A DNA stretch of 64,000 bases from Candidatus Versatilivorator sp. (GTDB taxonomy: Bacteria > Acidobacteriota > Terriglobia > Versatilivoradales > Versatilivoraceae): contig OZ242296.1 of NCBI GenBank assembly GCA_965207735.1, forward strand, positions 3,008,001 to 3,072,000, read 5' to 3'. The translations under genes were made by a program, and so were the position numbers. Shown piece after piece: positions 61,047 to 64,000 of the stretch (positions are counted from its first letter, which is position 1; the number at the start of each line of letters is the position of its first letter). The notes below the pieces were generated by a model that worked only from the letters and a program-made list of their open reading frames with translations, was not told the DNA's origin and made no database searches.

Positions 61047-61061
61047 CCCGCATTTCTCACC
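61043..61061. repeat. Solo copy of MITE TIR / vacant intron target
   Basis: CTAGCCCGCATTTCTCACC identical to 57034-57052. Confidence 0.8.
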
Positions 61062-61902
61062 GGGGCGTTCGGCTGCCAGATCCGGGCGCCTTGGGGTAGA
61101 TGGCGATGCCGGCGTAACCCACCACTTCGTTCCTTCCTCCGCCGGCATCTCCCGAGGTCGCATAATGGACCAGCTCGGCCCGGCAGGTCTCGGCCGAGGC
61201 CTCGGTTCCATACAGCATGGCGATGGTCGGTCCGTAGCCGCACATGCTGATGGACTCTTTCCGGACCACCTCGTAGAGTCCCGGGGCGTCCAGGGAGAGG
61301 ATCCTGGAGATGGCCTTGCGGTCCTTGATACGTGTCACCTCATCGGGCTCGAAATGGTTCATGTCACTGCTGGCGACCACCAGGACCGACTGTCCTGGCA
61401 GGTCCCGCAAGGCCTGCGCGATAGCTGTTCCCAGGCGCCGGAAGGTGGGGAAGTCGTGACGGCCCAGGGCGATGGGCACCAGGCGAAGATCAGGCCTGAG
61501 ATGCAACAGGAAGGGAAGCTGCACCTCCAGCGAGTGCTCTAAGCGGTGAGCTTCGGAATCTTCCCTCAGAAAGGGGCAGTGGTGCAGCAGTCTTCGGGCC
61601 AGCTCTTCATCGATAGGGATGCGGCCGAGGGGAGTCTCCCACTCACCTTGAACCATGATCGAGAGGGAGGCTCCCATGCCGGTATGGTTGGGGCAGAGGA
61701 TCAGGACTCGCTCGGGAATCTCGATTGCGGAGTAAACGGCTCCGGCGACGCCTCCGGAATAGAAGTAGCCGGCATGAGGCACCACCACGCCACGGGCCCG
61801 GAGTCGCGTTCGGGAGGGCCCCAGGTGCTCCAGCAGGTCGCGCCGGAGCCGGTCGGGTTGAGAGGGATAGAAACGGCCGGCAACGGCGGCTTTTCGCAAC
61901 AT
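61057..61902 (-). CDS. amrB: AmmeMemoRadiSam system protein B (MEMO1 family)
   Basis: R.AAVAGRFYP, PHAGY.YSG, EHSLEVQLPF, SSDMNH, SMCG. Confidence 0.93.
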   Translation of the reverse strand: MLRKAAVAGRFYPSQPDRLRRDLLEHLGPSRTRLRARGVVVPHAGYFYSGGVAGAVYSAIEIPERVLILCPNHTGMGASLSIMVQGEWETPLGRIPIDEELARRLLHHCPFLREDSEAHRLEHSLEVQLPFLLHLRPDLRLVPIALGRHDFPTFRRLGTAIAQALRDLPGQSVLVVASSDMNHFEPDEVTRIKDRKAISRILSLDAPGLYEVVRKESISMCGYGPTIAMLYGTEASAETCRAELVHYATSGDAGGGRNEVVGYAGIAIYPKAPGSGSRTPR

Positions 61903-62121
61903 GGAGCTTTCGACCGCGGAGTGGTTCAGGGGTTGCCCCGGCGGGTGTTCAGCCCGTCGGGGCGACGACGGTGACTGTTGCGGACCACCGGGAGGAAGGC
62001 GACAACTCTGATCTCACCGGAATCGTGGGCTCGCCGGCGGGAAATCGCGGGCAGGAAAAGGGGAGGCCCGCGCCGGTCCGGCACCTCGCCCGGAGACCGC
62101 CGGTTTCAGTATCGCTTCAGG

Positions 62122-63264
62122 TCAACTCTTGACGGCGCGATAGCCGGCGCGGGTTCTCGCCTTGACCTTCTTGACGCGATTCCCGTTCGCGTCAACGATC
62201 TCCACCTTGATCTTGCGGAACTTCCCGTTTCGGTTGGCATTGGTCGAAACGTAGCCCAAGCTGTACTGGTTCCTCAGCTCGATCCCGACCTGTTGCAGGA
62301 TGGCGGGGTGGTCCTGTTGCCAGCGGGGGAACCAGGCTTTGCCGCCGGTGACCTTGGCAAAGGTCTTGAGTTGATTGTCGGCCTGCAGATAGGTCAACCG
62401 GCTGATGGCCCCCATGTAGGGTTCCTGGTTCATGCGCCCTCTCTGGCCGATACCCAGGCAGTAGATGACGGCGTCGGTCGCCTGAACCCGCTTCAAGGCG
62501 GAGCCGAAAGTGATCCTGCTGAAGGTGTCCACGCCGGTGCTGACCAGGAGCACAGCCTTCTTGCCATCCACTTCGTCCAGGCGGTCCAGGGTGAACTTGA
62601 GAGCGTCGAAGAGGTTGGATTCCTGAGAGACGGGAAAGGCGATGCGGGAGAGCGACCCGAAGAGCTCGCGCTTGTCCTGGGTGAAGTCGGACAGAATGTT
62701 GGGGTTCAGGTTATAGGCCACCACCGCCGCCCAGTCGTCGGCCCGCAGCATCCGGATAAAATGGGCCGCCGGCATCACTGAGTCGTCGTACCACCACCAA
62801 GCCAGGTTCTTGGTGGACTCGAGTACCATCACCACCGTCAGCGGCGCCGAGGTGGGGCTGAAGTTGGTGACTTTCTGCTCGACCTTGTCCTCGTAGACCT
62901 TGAAGTTCTCGGCGGCCAGTTCGGGGATGAAATTCCCCGTCTTCTTGTCGGTGACGACCACATCCAGATTGACCAGCTCGATGTCGACCGCCAGGGTGAA
63001 GTTGTCTTCGGGCTTGGAGCCCTTGGGCCGGGCCGGGTTCAGGCGGCGTTTTCTCGGTCTGGGCTTCCGCTTGCGTACGATCACCGGGTCGGACTGCTGC
63101 TGCTGGGGACCACCCTTCTCTACCCGCTTGCCCTCTTCTCCCCGCTCCGGTTGGGAGGTTTCCTTTTCCCCCAGGCCCGCCGACAAGCGACTGCCACCCA
63201 GGATCATGCCCAGCGCCAAGGCTGCAAAGAGTGCGATTTGTCTGATCCGACACCAAGTCTTCAT
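62122..63264 (-). CDS. Acidobacterial VWA domain protein
   Basis: V.LVNLDVVVTDK, FKVYED, TGG.A, ELRNQYSLGY, GKFRKIKV, R.GY. Confidence 0.88.
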   Translation of the reverse strand: MKTWCRIRQIALFAALALGMILGGSRLSAGLGEKETSQPERGEEGKRVEKGGPQQQQSDPVIVRKRKPRPRKRRLNPARPKGSKPEDNFTLAVDIELVNLDVVVTDKKTGNFIPELAAENFKVYEDKVEQKVTNFSPTSAPLTVVMVLESTKNLAWWWYDDSVMPAAHFIRMLRADDWAAVVAYNLNPNILSDFTQDKRELFGSLSRIAFPVSQESNLFDALKFTLDRLDEVDGKKAVLLVSTGVDTFSRITFGSALKRVQATDAVIYCLGIGQRGRMNQEPYMGAISRLTYLQADNQLKTFAKVTGGKAWFPRWQQDHPAILQQVGIELRNQYSLGYVSTNANRNGKFRKIKVEIVDANGNRVKKVKARTRAGYRAVKS

Positions 63265-63360
63265 GGCTTCGTTCCACCCTTGTTTTCGGATTTCGTTCTA
63301 TCTGAAATCTTAAGCCAGGCCTGCTTGCGAGTCAACACCGCCGGACGAGGCTTCGTATTG

Positions 63361-63999
63361 CTAATCCTCTCCCAGCTTGAAATCCACTTCGGGAACCCCC
63401 TTCAATGCCTCCTTCATGTAATCCTTGACTCTCTCCACTAGCTTTTTTTCCGACACGCGAATAGCCTCGCGGGTGACTCCATACCGATCCGCGATGGCCT
63501 GAAGGGTCAGGGGCTCTTCGGCGATCAGTCTCTGCCGGAGGATGACCCGGTCCCTCTCGCCGAGGCCTTCGGAGAACCGGGCGAACTTGGACTCGATGAG
63601 GTCCTTCAACTCTCCGGCCGCCAGCTTTTCGTCGATCAGGTCCTCGGCGGTGGCCAGGGTCTCCAGATAGTAGAGGTCGGAGTCGCCGGAGGTGGGAGCG
63701 TCCAGGGAAAGGTCGTGCGCCCGAATGCTGTTTTCGACGTCGATCACGTCCCCTTCGCTCACATTGAGGTTATGGGCGATCAGCCTGGGAGTGGGCACGA
63801 CACCCTGGGCCTCCAGCCTCTGCTTCTCCTTGCGCAGATTCATCAGGAGCTTGCGCCGATCGTTGGTGGTTCCCACGCGCACGATGCGAAAATTGTCCAG
63901 GATGAACTTGATGATGTAGGCCTTGATCCACCAGGAGGCGTAGGTGGACAGACGCGCGCCGCGGTCGGGATCGAATTTCCTGACAGCCTGGAGCAGACC
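63361..63999 (-). CDS. rpoH: Sigma-70 family factor, RpoH-like (5'-truncated by window)
   Basis: AVRKFDPDRGARLSTYASWWIKAYI, VRVGTT..RRKL..NLR (RpoH-box-like), TLQ.IA..YGVTRE. Confidence 0.75.
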   Translation of the reverse strand, partial: GLLQAVRKFDPDRGARLSTYASWWIKAYIIKFILDNFRIVRVGTTNDRRKLLMNLRKEKQRLEAQGVVPTPRLIAHNLNVSEGDVIDVENSIRAHDLSLDAPTSGDSDLYYLETLATAEDLIDEKLAAGELKDLIESKFARFSEGLGERDRVILRQRLIAEEPLTLQAIADRYGVTREAIRVSEKKLVERVKDYMKEALKGVPEVDFKLGED

Positions 64000-64000
64000 C

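Noticed and set aside
58175-61902. larB without larC/larE, ruvC without ruvAB, amrB without amrA/amrS
   Set aside because: These genes are commonly dispersed; absence from one window is uninformative

Overview
High-GC bacterial chromosomal window, most likely Acidobacteriota (acidobacterial VWA protein, DUF1501/DUF1553 pair). The sialidase-like, PhyH, sugar-isomerase and MORN content suggests a host-associated (e.g. sponge) symbiont, which is inference. Left ~47 kb: accessory carbohydrate catabolism and transport genes, an intact IS1634, an intact IS110, TA modules, recQ and a dense patchwork of palindromic, MITE-like and short-period repeats. Right of an initiator tRNA-Met: mostly housekeeping genes (ftsB, cutA, speA, mqnP-like, ubiX, larB, yebC, ruvC, amrB, rpoH-like) plus a 1528-aa multi-domain diheme protein. 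Top observations: (1) an 869-nt ORF-less group II intron sits exactly inside the terminal inverted repeat of a CTAG-flanked hairpin MITE, its EBS1 is complementary to that TIR, and two vacant copies of the target are nearby; (2) the IS110 leader carries segments matching both its donor and target junctions (bridge-RNA candidate, unusual layout); (3) recQ+vapBC is bracketed by two copies of the vapB operator/RBS. All calls are from reading the sequence; no searches were run.
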